DNA of 53,769 nucleotides from an uncultured bacterium (GTDB lineage: Bacteria; Patescibacteriota; Minisyncoccia; Phycocordibacterales; Phycocordibacteraceae). The notes under the pieces were generated by a model that was not told where the DNA came from, searched no databases, and was given only the letters and a program-made list of their open reading frames with translations. The translations under genes and the position numbers were made by a program. The stretch is taken from positions 1-53,769 of the forward strand of contig CAJEYI010000003.1 in the NCBI GenBank assembly GCA_903994795.1, given 5' to 3'. Below, piece after piece: positions 44,206 to 53,555 of the stretch. Positions within the stretch are counted from its first letter, which is position 1. Every line of letters begins with the position of its first letter.

Positions 44206-46473
44206 ATGCTGAAGCGCTTAGAGATAGCGGGATTTAAATCATTTGCACGGAAAACCGTGCTGGACTTCTCGTCGGCAGCCACGGCCATTGTTGGTCCAAA
44301 TGGATCAGGAAAATCAAATGTTGCGGAAGCCTTTCGTTTTGCACTCGGAGAGCAGTCAATGAAGTCCATGCGTGGGAAGAGAAGCGAAGATCTTATCTTT
44401 GCAGGCTCAAATATGGCTCCTCGCGCGAATCGTGCTGCGGTAGCGATAGTCTTTGATAATACGCCACATACACGTCCACACGGAGGAAATGGTGCCTCGC
44501 AGGGTCCGGTACGGATTTTCCCAAAGCTCGATTTTGATGAGGTCGCTATTGAGCGTGCAGTGTTCCGAGACGGAACAAGTGAGTATTCAATAAATGGCTC
44601 CAAAGCACGCCTCCGAGATATCCAAGAACTTCTCGCAAGTGCAAACATTGGTGAGACCGGTCATCACATAATTTCTCAAGGTGAGGCCGACCGAATACTT
44701 CTAGCGCATCCGCGTGAGCGCCGTGCAATGCTTGAAGATGCACTTGGACTGAAAGTCTTTGAGTTCAAGAAGCAGGAAGCAGAACGCAAGCTTGAAAAGA
44801 CTGAGGAGAATGTAAAGCAAGTGGAGGCACTTCGCCGGGAAATTGCTCCGCATATAAAATTCTTGAGTAAGCAGGTCGAGAGGCTTGAGCGAGCAGATAG
44901 TCTTCGACAAGAGCTTCAGAATGCATACCTTCAGTATTTTGCCATTGAGGAGTTATATCTTGAAGTTGAAAAGAAAAAGGCACATGAAGATAAGGCGCGA
45001 GCCGCGGAGCGGCTCGCGGCAGCAGAAGCAGAGCTCACAATCTTTGAAGAGCGAACCACTCACGACACAGAGGGTATAAAACGCACTGAAGCAGTACGCA
45101 CAGCAGAACGAGAGCTCGATAAGGCCACAAACGAGCGAGCTCAACTCTCTCGAGAAATCGGACGCATGGAAGGTTCGCTCGAGTCTGCAAAACGACGTAG
45201 CCTACAAGTCGCACGAGAAAAAGACATTCAGGTTAAAATCTCACGTGACGACTTCGAGTCATTGCGAAAAGAACTTGATTCACAGTGCAGTATTTCAGAC
45301 ACAGCTGCTCCTGAGTCAATCCGTGCAGCGCTACTATCTGTCCGTCATACTATTGCAGTTTTCTTTGAGCGATTTGCATCAACGACTGAAACATTCCTCG
45401 CAGAGGAGGAGACAGCTGTGTATGGGTACGAGGATCAGATGAGGGATCTCACCACCAAAGACACAGAACTCGCACGTCATATTGATGAAGCCCGAAATGC
45501 GCTCGCACGTGCACGTGAGGCAGTATTTGCCTATGAAGAAACTGGACGCGAAGAACGTCACAAGGTATTCGCTGCTGCAGAAGCTAAGGCGCAGGAGGAA
45601 GGTGTGATTGCGAGACTCGAAGCAAGACTCCAAACACTCACGATGGAGCACGAGGCGTATGTGGTTGAAAGAAATGAAGCGCTAGCGCTTGTGGGTATTC
45701 CTGCACTTGCATACGAGAAGCTCACAGAACTTCCACAAGAAGATCGTCGCGTACAGGAAGATCGTAGACGTGCAATAGATAGACTTAAGATCCGTGTCGA
45801 GGAAGCTGGTGGCGCGGGTGAGGATGTGCGCACAGAACACAAAGACGCTGTTGAGCGCGAGGCGTATCTCGCGCGAGAACTCGAAGACCTTTCAAAATCA
45901 GCACTCGGTCTCCATGAGCTTATTTCTGAACTTAGTGAGGAGCTCACGAAAAGTTTCAATGAAGGTCTACATAAAGTTAATGCATCATTTGGAGAATTCT
46001 TCGCGCTTATGTTTGGTGGTGGAACTGCAAAGCTTATTCTTGAAGATGTTTCAGTTGCGAATGACGATGAAGAGGATGAATTTGATGAAGGCATGCCTCG
46101 TCCTGTCATGAAAGGCAAGCCAGGCATTGATATCTCCGTGGGGCTTCCAAAGAAGCGCGTGCAGTCGCTTATGCAGCTTTCAGGTGGCGAGCGTGCGCTT
46201 ACATCCATTGCGCTCATATTCGCAATGAGTCAGGTGAATCCACCGCCATTCCTTATACTGGACGAAACAGACGCTGCGCTCGACGAGGCAAACAGCCGCC
46301 GCTATGGCGACATGATTGAGAATCTCGCAAGGCGTTCTCAGCTCATCGTGATCTCGCACAATCGCGAGACGATGAGCCGTGCCGGAATTCTGTATGGAGT
46401 CACCATGGGCGCAGATGGTATTTCAAAACTACTCTCAGTGAAATTTGAAGATGCAGTCACGGTAGCGAAGTAG
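44206..46473 (+). CDS. smc: Short SMC-family ATPase (no recognisable hinge)
   Basis: GFKSF, GPNGSGKSN, IISQG, LSGGE, LILDE, IVISH; only 755 aa; downstream of rnc. Confidence 0.9.
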   Translation: MLKRLEIAGFKSFARKTVLDFSSAATAIVGPNGSGKSNVAEAFRFALGEQSMKSMRGKRSEDLIFAGSNMAPRANRAAVAIVFDNTPHTRPHGGNGASQGPVRIFPKLDFDEVAIERAVFRDGTSEYSINGSKARLRDIQELLASANIGETGHHIISQGEADRILLAHPRERRAMLEDALGLKVFEFKKQEAERKLEKTEENVKQVEALRREIAPHIKFLSKQVERLERADSLRQELQNAYLQYFAIEELYLEVEKKKAHEDKARAAERLAAAEAELTIFEERTTHDTEGIKRTEAVRTAERELDKATNERAQLSREIGRMEGSLESAKRRSLQVAREKDIQVKISRDDFESLRKELDSQCSISDTAAPESIRAALLSVRHTIAVFFERFASTTETFLAEEETAVYGYEDQMRDLTTKDTELARHIDEARNALARAREAVFAYEETGREERHKVFAAAEAKAQEEGVIARLEARLQTLTMEHEAYVVERNEALALVGIPALAYEKLTELPQEDRRVQEDRRRAIDRLKIRVEEAGGAGEDVRTEHKDAVEREAYLARELEDLSKSALGLHELISELSEELTKSFNEGLHKVNASFGEFFALMFGGGTAKLILEDVSVANDDEEDEFDEGMPRPVMKGKPGIDISVGLPKKRVQSLMQLSGGERALTSIALIFAMSQVNPPPFLILDETDAALDEANSRRYGDMIENLARRSQLIVISHNRETMSRAGILYGVTMGADGISKLLSVKFEDAVTVAK

Positions 46474-46547
46474 TGAAACTTTTATACGGTAGCTTTTGTT
46501 TAATACTTGGGGTATAACTGTTCAACACCAGAAAGGAGGGGCTGCCC

Positions 46548-46742
46548 ATGCAAGTGTCCATGTTTACGTGCAAAGTATGCGCGAAGAAAGTAAGCCCCTT
46601 CTTCAAGGGTCCGCATTTTTCATTTCCTATGATGTGCCATCTGTCACGGGAACATGAAGAAATTAAATTTGACGGAGAAGATTATAGGCTTCATTTTGAA
46701 GAAGAAATGACTGAAACTAGCTTCTTCTGCAGCCCTGACTAG
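46548..46742 (+). CDS. Small putative Zn-finger protein
   Basis: Strong SD (AAAGGAGG) and TATAAC upstream; FTCKVC...CHLSREH. Confidence 0.55.
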   Translation: MQVSMFTCKVCAKKVSPFFKGPHFSFPMMCHLSREHEEIKFDGEDYRLHFEEEMTETSFFCSPD

Positions 46743-46876
46743 GGCTCAATAGGTCTTTTGTATGCACGCGCTGACAATCCGGTCATGTGCGTGTCGCTGT
46801 TTTATACACACTCGCATATGAAATAAAACGTAGTATCCTTACGTATCTATAGCATTACAATAATCTTTAACCCCTC

Positions 46877-48109
46877 ATGGCCGCCTTTGACTACTTTAAA
46901 ATGAATGTGCACCGCGCTGCAGCACTCCTCGGATACTCGCAGGAGACTGTCGACAGACTTCTCACTCCAGACCGGGTATTGAAGGCTCCGCTTTCTATCA
47001 CTATGGATGATGGATCTACTCAGACATTTCAGGCATACCGTGTGCAGTTCTCAAATGCTCGTGGTCCGTATAAAGGTGGTATACGATTCCATCCAGACGC
47101 TGATGAAGACGAAGTATCTGCACTTGCAGCGATGATGGCCATAAAGTGTGCAGTGGTGGACATACCGTTTGGTGGTGCAAAGGGTGGTGTTGCTGTTGAT
47201 CCAAAGAAGCTTTCACTGAATGAACTTGATGCAATTGCGCGGGCATACGTGCAGGCGTTTGTAGAACACTTGGGGCCGGAGCTTGATGTACCTGCTCCAG
47301 ACGTGTACACAAATTCGCACATCATGGGAGTGATGCTTGAAGAATACGAACGCATCACGGGAACAAAGGCACCAGCCATGATCACCGGAAAGTCGCTCGA
47401 CATGGGTGGCATAGTTGGACGTGACACTGCGACATCTGATGGCGCGATTGCTGTACTCGATGCTCTTCTTGCAGATCAGCACCGAGACATTACAAATCTC
47501 ACCGTCAGCATACAAGGCACAGGAAATGCAGGAGCGAGAGCGGCTACACTGCTCTCGGACTTAGGAGCGAAGGTTGTTGCAATGTCAGACAGTAAAGGCG
47601 CACTTCGAAATCCCGAAGGTATTGATGTGCAAAAGGTTCTCGAAAAGAAAGACGCGGGGAAGTCATTGAACGATACAGAGTTTGCAGACGAACCATTTTC
47701 TCATGCGCAGTATGATGCAGAAGAGATTATTGGTATGTCAGCAGACATTTTAATTCCTGCAGCGCTCGAGGAACAGATTCGGCTTGATAACGTCGAAAGC
47801 GTAAAGGCAAGTATCGTGCTTGAAATTGCAAATGGTCCGATCACTCCGGAGGCTGATGAATCACTCGCAGAACGACGTGTGGTGATTGTGCCAGATGTGC
47901 TAGCAAATGCCGGCGGCGTAACCGTCTCGTATTTCGAATGGTTGCAGAATCGCTCAGGAGAAACATGGACGAAAGAACGAGTCGCAGAACGACTCGAAGA
48001 AACCATGCATGACGCATATCGCGACGTCGCTGACTTCGCACTTGACCGAAACTGCACACTTAGGGAAGCTGCGTACGCACTCGCACTTGGTCGCATTAAC
48101 GACGCATAA
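46877..48109 (+). CDS. gdhA: Glu/Leu/Phe/Val (glutamate) dehydrogenase
   Basis: GPYKGGIRFH, FGGAKGG, DVPAPD, ANGP, NAGGVTVSYFEW. Confidence 0.92.
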   Translation: MAAFDYFKMNVHRAAALLGYSQETVDRLLTPDRVLKAPLSITMDDGSTQTFQAYRVQFSNARGPYKGGIRFHPDADEDEVSALAAMMAIKCAVVDIPFGGAKGGVAVDPKKLSLNELDAIARAYVQAFVEHLGPELDVPAPDVYTNSHIMGVMLEEYERITGTKAPAMITGKSLDMGGIVGRDTATSDGAIAVLDALLADQHRDITNLTVSIQGTGNAGARAATLLSDLGAKVVAMSDSKGALRNPEGIDVQKVLEKKDAGKSLNDTEFADEPFSHAQYDAEEIIGMSADILIPAALEEQIRLDNVESVKASIVLEIANGPITPEADESLAERRVVIVPDVLANAGGVTVSYFEWLQNRSGETWTKERVAERLEETMHDAYRDVADFALDRNCTLREAAYALALGRINDA

Positions 48110-48111
48110 AC

Positions 48112-48816
48112 TTACGCTTCAGGGGAGATAACAATACCTCGTCCGGCATAAAAACTCTTAAATTCCCCAATAGGGAGAGTGTGATTAATTTGTGTATCCA
48201 TACTCACAAACCCTGAAGGATTATTTATTGTTATTGTATGGTCACGCAAATTATATCCAGTGACCAAGACGAGATGTCCACCTTTTTGCTCGATAGGTGC
48301 TGTATTGTGGCCTCGTATATTTGGGTTAACTGAGACAATAACAAGTTTGCCTTTAGATAATGCATACTCAATACCCTTGATACTTAGCTTGCTGTACACG
48401 GCAGCTTTCAAATTATGCTTTTGGATCCATGTAGCAAATTCTTGATACTTCATTCCAGACAGCCCATCCTTCTCTACTGCATACACTCCTGACTTCAATG
48501 CGTCTTCTGCAAGTTCAGCAGGTGGAATTCTTTTGTGAGTAAAATACTCTAGAGCCATTGCTGCTGATGCCATGCCACACATGGTGAAAGCCCACTCCGC
48601 GTATCGTTCTGGGGACTGTGCACCAGTCTCTTTCCAGTGAGGGTCATTTATCGGTGCTAGCTCCTTCTTCAGACTCAGCTCAGCATGTTCTGGTTTTGCA
48701 AATTGGCACACATACGGAACGTTGTAGTTAGTCTTTGGTTGAATCTCTACAGAGCGAACTTTTCGTTCGTATAAAATATTTTTCGCTTCTTGTGAAATCT
48801 TATCTACTACTTTCAT
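48112..48816 (-). CDS. Peptidase C39-like protein
   Basis: VPYVCQ, MCGMAS, GGHLVLVTG, INNP. Confidence 0.82.
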   Translation of the reverse strand: MKVVDKISQEAKNILYERKVRSVEIQPKTNYNVPYVCQFAKPEHAELSLKKELAPINDPHWKETGAQSPERYAEWAFTMCGMASAAMALEYFTHKRIPPAELAEDALKSGVYAVEKDGLSGMKYQEFATWIQKHNLKAAVYSKLSIKGIEYALSKGKLVIVSVNPNIRGHNTAPIEQKGGHLVLVTGYNLRDHTITINNPSGFVSMDTQINHTLPIGEFKSFYAGRGIVISPEA

Positions 48817-48823
48817 TCAGCTA

Positions 48824-50872
48824 TTATACAACCAATGTGAAATCTAGCTCCCGTTCAAACATGCGCACGGCCGCAAGCTTCACACGTATAGGATCACCAA
48901 GTGAGTACTGCTTTTGTGTACGACTTCCGACAAGTCGGTATCGCTTTTCATCAAAGGTAAAAAAGTCATCGCCGAGATTTCGTACGCTCACCATACCTTC
49001 TGCGTGAGTTTCCTTGAGTTCTACATAGAGACCACGATCAGACACACCACTAATCACTGCATCAAACTCCTGACCAACTTTGTCTTCCATGAATTCCACG
49101 AGCTTCATCTTCACTGAGTCACGCTCTGCATTTGAGGCTGCAACTTCTCGTTCGCTTGAGTGAAGTGCGAGCGCATCGAGTTGATTGAGTTCTGCTTGTG
49201 TAACTTTCTCGCCATCTGAGAAGTGCTTCACCATGCGGTGTGTAAGGAGGTCTGGGTATCTGCGAATTGGGGAAGTGAAGTGGGTGTAGAAATCAAAGGC
49301 GAGACCGAAGTGCCCGGCATTGCGCGTAGTGTATGTGGCTCTGGCCATTGAGCGAAGTGCTGCAGTCTTTATTAAATATTCCTCTGGTTTTCCTTGAGTC
49401 TCTGCAAGAAGTTTATTTAAGTCCGTGCCCTTTACGTGACCAAGCTTTGACTCGAGATTGTACCCCATGACTTTCAGGAATTGTGTAAGGTCTTCGATTT
49501 TGTCTGGGTTTGGCTGATCGTGCACACGGTATATAACTGCACTCTCGAGTTTTGCTTTCTTTGTTTCTTCTGCTAGGTGCTCAGCAACTGACTCGTTTGC
49601 GAGAAGCATGAAGTCTTCAATGAGCAGGTTGGTTTCCTTTCGTTCCTTCAGGACGACTTTGATTGGTTTGCCATTTTCGTCGAGCAAGACTTTTATCTCT
49701 GCAGTATCAAATGCTATTGCACCTTTTGCGACACGTCGCTCACGAATCTTTCGAGCAAGTGCAGCAATTGCAACAAGTTCATCACGCATATCGCCTTTAC
49801 CAGTGTCGAGTACTTCCTGTGCGTCTTCGTATGTAAATCGTCGGTCAGAGTGAATGACTGTTTCGCCAAACCATTTCTTCTGCACTTCAGCATTTTGATT
49901 TAGCTCAAAAACTGCTGATACCGCGAGACGTGGCTCGTGCGGATTAAGTGAGCAGAGGTTATTTGAGAGTACTTCTGGAAGCATTGGAATCGTACGGTCC
50001 ACTAGGTATACAGAGGTCGCACGATTTTGTGCCTCGTCATCGATAGAGGTACCAGGACGTACAAAGAATGACACATCCGCAATGTGTACTCCCACTTCGA
50101 TATTTCCGTTCTCTAGGAATTTCACTGAGAGCGCGTCATCAAAGTCTTTCGCATCGAATGGATCGATGGTGAATGTATGCGTATCACGGAAATCTTTTCG
50201 GCGTCCAGATGCAATTCCTTCTTCAGCTTCCTTTGCAATCATTGCCTTGCCTCCAGTCTCGTCAGTTGCTTCTAGCTTCTTCGCTTCAGAAATTACGCCA
50301 GGCGGGAAGTCAGAATGGAATCCTTGCGAGAGTGCGAGTGCGCGCATTTCAGTCTCGTGTACACCTGCTGCACCGATAACTTCTTCAACCACACCCCATG
50401 GAAGTGCAGGAGCTTGGTCAGTTGGTTCGAGCCATCCTTTGAAACGAAGTACGACTTTAAAACCGACAGGGAGGTTTTCGCCACGGACGATAAACGGCGT
50501 GTACATTTTCTTTGAGTCAGCAATCATGAGGACTTGTCCGTGTGGCGCTCCAGCGTTTTCGTCTGGTATGAGTTTTCCAACGAATGTCTCACGTGCGCGA
50601 CTTACAATCTCCACCACCTTTCCATTCTCGCGCTTCGCGCGAGTCCTCGGATCTTCAACCATTCCCACAGACACCACACGCACAACGTCACCAGGAAATG
50701 CACCCAGCACATCCTTTGCAGGAATGAAGAGGTCTTCTCGGGGTGCGGCAGTCGGATTCTTTTGTAGGGTCTCGTCGTCCTCGACAGGGAACTTGAAAAA
50801 CCCCATGCCCTTGGCAGTCATTGAAATTGGCCCGACGTATGTTTGCTGGCCTGCGTAGGTAGTGTCTTGCAT
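48824..50872 (-). CDS. rnr: Ribonuclease R (RNB + S1)
   Basis: FTIDPFDAKDFDDA, HIADVS, IEDFMLLAN, YTHFTSPIRRYPDL, C-terminal S1. Confidence 0.95.
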   Translation of the reverse strand: MQDTTYAGQQTYVGPISMTAKGMGFFKFPVEDDETLQKNPTAAPREDLFIPAKDVLGAFPGDVVRVVSVGMVEDPRTRAKRENGKVVEIVSRARETFVGKLIPDENAGAPHGQVLMIADSKKMYTPFIVRGENLPVGFKVVLRFKGWLEPTDQAPALPWGVVEEVIGAAGVHETEMRALALSQGFHSDFPPGVISEAKKLEATDETGGKAMIAKEAEEGIASGRRKDFRDTHTFTIDPFDAKDFDDALSVKFLENGNIEVGVHIADVSFFVRPGTSIDDEAQNRATSVYLVDRTIPMLPEVLSNNLCSLNPHEPRLAVSAVFELNQNAEVQKKWFGETVIHSDRRFTYEDAQEVLDTGKGDMRDELVAIAALARKIRERRVAKGAIAFDTAEIKVLLDENGKPIKVVLKERKETNLLIEDFMLLANESVAEHLAEETKKAKLESAVIYRVHDQPNPDKIEDLTQFLKVMGYNLESKLGHVKGTDLNKLLAETQGKPEEYLIKTAALRSMARATYTTRNAGHFGLAFDFYTHFTSPIRRYPDLLTHRMVKHFSDGEKVTQAELNQLDALALHSSEREVAASNAERDSVKMKLVEFMEDKVGQEFDAVISGVSDRGLYVELKETHAEGMVSVRNLGDDFFTFDEKRYRLVGSRTQKQYSLGDPIRVKLAAVRMFERELDFTLVV

Positions 50873-50924
50873 TTCTTATACTCTAGCAGATTCCGAACTT
50901 TCTGCATCAAGGTTGCTTGCTCTT

Positions 50925-51281
50925 CTATAAAAATTTCCTAATCAAAATAAAGCCAAGGCAAATAAGTCCAAACACTGCAGCCCACACAACAGCCGCTGCA
51001 GCTAAATCTTTACTACGTCCAATCGCTTCATCGTGCTCAGGGTGGAGTTTGCTGAGCGCCACTTCGATTGTAGTGTTTTGAAGCTCGGTGACCATTACAA
51101 AGAACCAGCAGAAGATTAGTAGGAGCATCTCATTAGCAGAAAGATGGAATAGGAAATAAACGATGGGGAGTCCAATAATACCGAGTCCTATCTCGATCTG
51201 AATGGCCTCGTCATGTATAAGCGCATACTTCAATCCCCGGAATGGGTGCGAGAATCTGTTAATCCAATACTTCATACACAT
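50925..51281 (-). CDS. dgkA: Diacylglycerol/undecaprenol kinase
   Basis: ELQNTTIE, IGRSKDLAAAAV, three TM segments; start may be 51275. Confidence 0.88.
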   Translation of the reverse strand: MCMKYWINRFSHPFRGLKYALIHDEAIQIEIGLGIIGLPIVYFLFHLSANEMLLLIFCWFFVMVTELQNTTIEVALSKLHPEHDEAIGRSKDLAAAAVVWAAVFGLICLGFILIRKFL

Positions 51282-51353
51282 ATCTTACCTTATGTGCCGT
51301 CTGTGTGGGACTAGTTGATTATTTATGGGTACTCTGGTAGTCTACTCCTCATT

Positions 51354-51848
51354 ATGTTGATGATCCGTTTCCAGCGAATTGGCCGAAAGAACGACCCGGC
51401 TTTTCGTATTGCTGTGCTTGAGAAGACTTCTGGCCCAAAAGCTGGTAAGTACGTTGACCTCGTTGGTTCTTATAACCCAAAAACCAAGGCAACTACCGTC
51501 CTCGCTGAAAAGGTGAAGGAATGGGTAGCTAAAGGCGCTCAGATCTCACCAAGCGTTATGAACCTCCTTATCAAGGAAGGTGTATACGAAGGAAAGAAGC
51601 ACGCAGTTGTCTCAAAGAAGAATCTTGAGAAGAACGTAGCGGCAAACGAGGAAAAGGCTCGAAAGGAAGCTGAAGCAGTTGCCGCAGCAGCCGCCGCAAA
51701 GGTAGAAGCAGAAAAGGCTGCCGCAGAAGCTGCAAAGGCCGCAGCCGAAGCCCCTGTTGAGGAAGTAGTAGAAGCACCTGCTGAAGTAGCAGAAGAAACT
51801 CCTAGCGAAGAAGCTCCTGTAGAAGAAGTTGCTGTTGCGGCTGAATAA
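51354..51848 (+). CDS. rpsP: 30S ribosomal protein S16 with Ala/Glu-rich tail
   Basis: MLMIRFQRIGRK..P.FRI, GSYNP, GAQISPSV; start at ATG 51354. Confidence 0.96.
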   Translation: MLMIRFQRIGRKNDPAFRIAVLEKTSGPKAGKYVDLVGSYNPKTKATTVLAEKVKEWVAKGAQISPSVMNLLIKEGVYEGKKHAVVSKKNLEKNVAANEEKARKEAEAVAAAAAAKVEAEKAAAEAAKAAAEAPVEEVVEAPAEVAEETPSEEAPVEEVAVAAE

Positions 51849-51925
51849 GCCCACGGCTGAGTGCGAAGCGCAGCTTCGCACTGATGTCTTAATTCTTTAT
51901 CCGTATTCTGTAAACTCTGAACTCT

Positions 51926-52240
51926 ATGGACCAAGACCAGCTATTCCTCGAACAAGTAGTAAAAGCACTAGTAGATAATTCAAACGACGTCGTTATTACA
52001 CGTACTGTCGACGAAATGGGTGTACTCCTCACACTCACCGTGCATCCAGACGATATGGGAAAGATTATCGGTCGTGATGGAAACATCGCAAAAGCTCTCC
52101 GTACACTACTTCGTGTAGTGGGAATGAAGCATAATGCTCGCGTAAACCTCAAGATCAACGAACCAGTTGGTGGAAAGCGTGTGGGACTTGAGCACGAAGA
52201 AAAAAGTGTCGATCAAGTGGTTGATGAGCTCGGGCGTTAG
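51926..52240 (+). CDS. khpA: KH-domain RNA-binding protein KhpA
   Basis: DMGKIIGRDG..AKALRTLL; follows rpsP. Confidence 0.92.
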   Translation: MDQDQLFLEQVVKALVDNSNDVVITRTVDEMGVLLTLTVHPDDMGKIIGRDGNIAKALRTLLRVVGMKHNARVNLKINEPVGGKRVGLEHEEKSVDQVVDELGR

Positions 52241-52265
52241 TCCACAACAGTTTCCCAGAAAGTCG

Positions 52266-52323
52266 AAAACTCAGAAAAACTCCAGACTGTCCACAGAATT
52301 ATTTCATCTCGGGTTGGTATACT
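52266..52323 (+). promoter_or_regulatory. Repeated promoter module, copy 4
   Basis: AAAACTCAGAAAAACTCCAGACT (52266-52288), TTATTTCATC 10 nt later, TGG-TATACT at 52318-52323, ATG 7 nt after. Confidence 0.8.
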
Positions 52324-52330
52324 GAGTGTA

Positions 52331-52762
52331 ATGATAACCGAGCAAGACCTCACAAGATTTAAGAAAGTTTTTATAACCAAGAAAGCATCAGAAGCTTTTG
52401 CAAAGAAGTACGATTTAAAGAACTATGTAATTAAAGAAGATCATGAGGCAGATGTGGCAATGCTGGTTGCAAACATGGCTACCAAAGATGATATGACTGA
52501 GTTGGAAATTCGTCTTAATGAACAATTGAGAAACGAGCTCGCAGCTCATATTGCACCGCTCATTGCTAGCAATAAAACCCTAATTAAAAGACAAGACGAT
52601 TTGGATCAGAAATTCAATCATATGATGAATACTATCGACGGTCTTGCTGTGCCGATTGCACGACTACTTGAGGAAAATTCAGTCTCTGCCGCTCAATACT
52701 CTCGGCAAATTGATTGGAACAACAAAGTTGGTGCAAAAGTTGGAATACCTTTTGAATACTGA
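52331..52762 (+). CDS. Coiled-coil hypothetical protein (ATKDD-type)
   Basis: FITKK / MATKDD repeats, heptad-rich C-terminal half, AT-rich; occupies the usual rimM position. Confidence 0.75.
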   Translation: MITEQDLTRFKKVFITKKASEAFAKKYDLKNYVIKEDHEADVAMLVANMATKDDMTELEIRLNEQLRNELAAHIAPLIASNKTLIKRQDDLDQKFNHMMNTIDGLAVPIARLLEENSVSAAQYSRQIDWNNKVGAKVGIPFEY

Positions 52763-52784
52763 TAGTATTTGAGCTCATTCCACT

Positions 52785-53510
52785 ATGCTTCGATTCCATC
52801 TCATAACGCTCTTTGAGGAAGCCTGCGAGCCGTATTTAAATGCGTCTATTTTAGGCCGTGCTCGAGCAGCAAAGAAAATCAGTGTCGCATATCAAAACCC
52901 TCGCACATACGTCGATAATAAATGGGGGAAAGTAGACGAGCGTCCCTATGGCGGTGGTCCCGGTATGGTAATGACTGCGCTTCCTGTGGTGAAGGCTGTG
53001 AAGAAGGCTCTTGCAGGATCAAAACCAAAGACAGTTAAGAACCCACAGACCAAGGTTTCTGAGAAGATTGCACCAAAAATTGCACTTGTGTGGTTTGTGC
53101 CTGGAGCAACTCCTTTTACAAACACAGAGGCGGACAAGCTCGGAAAGTTTGATGACGTAGTACTAGTTTGTGGACGATACGAAGGAATTGATGAGCGTGC
53201 ATTTCAAATACTTAAGACATTTGCTCCAAACGGCCAGAAGCTCAAGATATTTACGTACTCAGTTGGAGAAGCAACGCTTACTGGTGGGGAAGTTCCAGCG
53301 ATGGCAATTGTAGACGCAGTCACAAGACGGTTACCAGGAGTACTAGGAAAGGATGAATCTATCGAGGAACGACGCGTGGCAGCACATGAAGTCTTTACTC
53401 GTCCTGAATCAATCGCGTGGGAAAAGAAATCATACCGAGTTCCAAAAGTTCTTCAGACAGGAAATCATAAAGACATAGACGCGTGGAGAGCTGGGAAGAC
53501 GGGGAAGTAG
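52785..53510 (+). CDS. trmD: tRNA (guanine37-N1)-methyltransferase
   Basis: VDERPYGGGPGMV, CGRYEGIDER, LTGGE, RLPGVLG, VPKVL.GNH. Confidence 0.96.
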   Translation: MLRFHLITLFEEACEPYLNASILGRARAAKKISVAYQNPRTYVDNKWGKVDERPYGGGPGMVMTALPVVKAVKKALAGSKPKTVKNPQTKVSEKIAPKIALVWFVPGATPFTNTEADKLGKFDDVVLVCGRYEGIDERAFQILKTFAPNGQKLKIFTYSVGEATLTGGEVPAMAIVDAVTRRLPGVLGKDESIEERRVAAHEVFTRPESIAWEKKSYRVPKVLQTGNHKDIDAWRAGKTGK

Positions 53511-53555
53511 CAAAAAAGCCACAACAAGATTTTAAGACTTATCCACACCACATTT

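Noticed and set aside
50082-50858. Long antisense/overlapping ORFs (e.g. 50082-50858, 45558-46217, 7885-8391, 36442-36864)
   Set aside because: Shadows of well-supported genes with no recognisable motifs
27568-52762. Recoded genetic code (UGA=Gly, code 25)
   Set aside because: Conserved genes are uninterrupted under code 11, and TGA ends several plausible ORFs (28560, 33882, 44145, 52762)
41899-53547. DnaA-box matches (TTATACACA at 41899 and 46802, TTATCCACA at 53539) as oriC
   Set aside because: Isolated single boxes with no cluster, unwinding element or adjacent dnaA/dnaN
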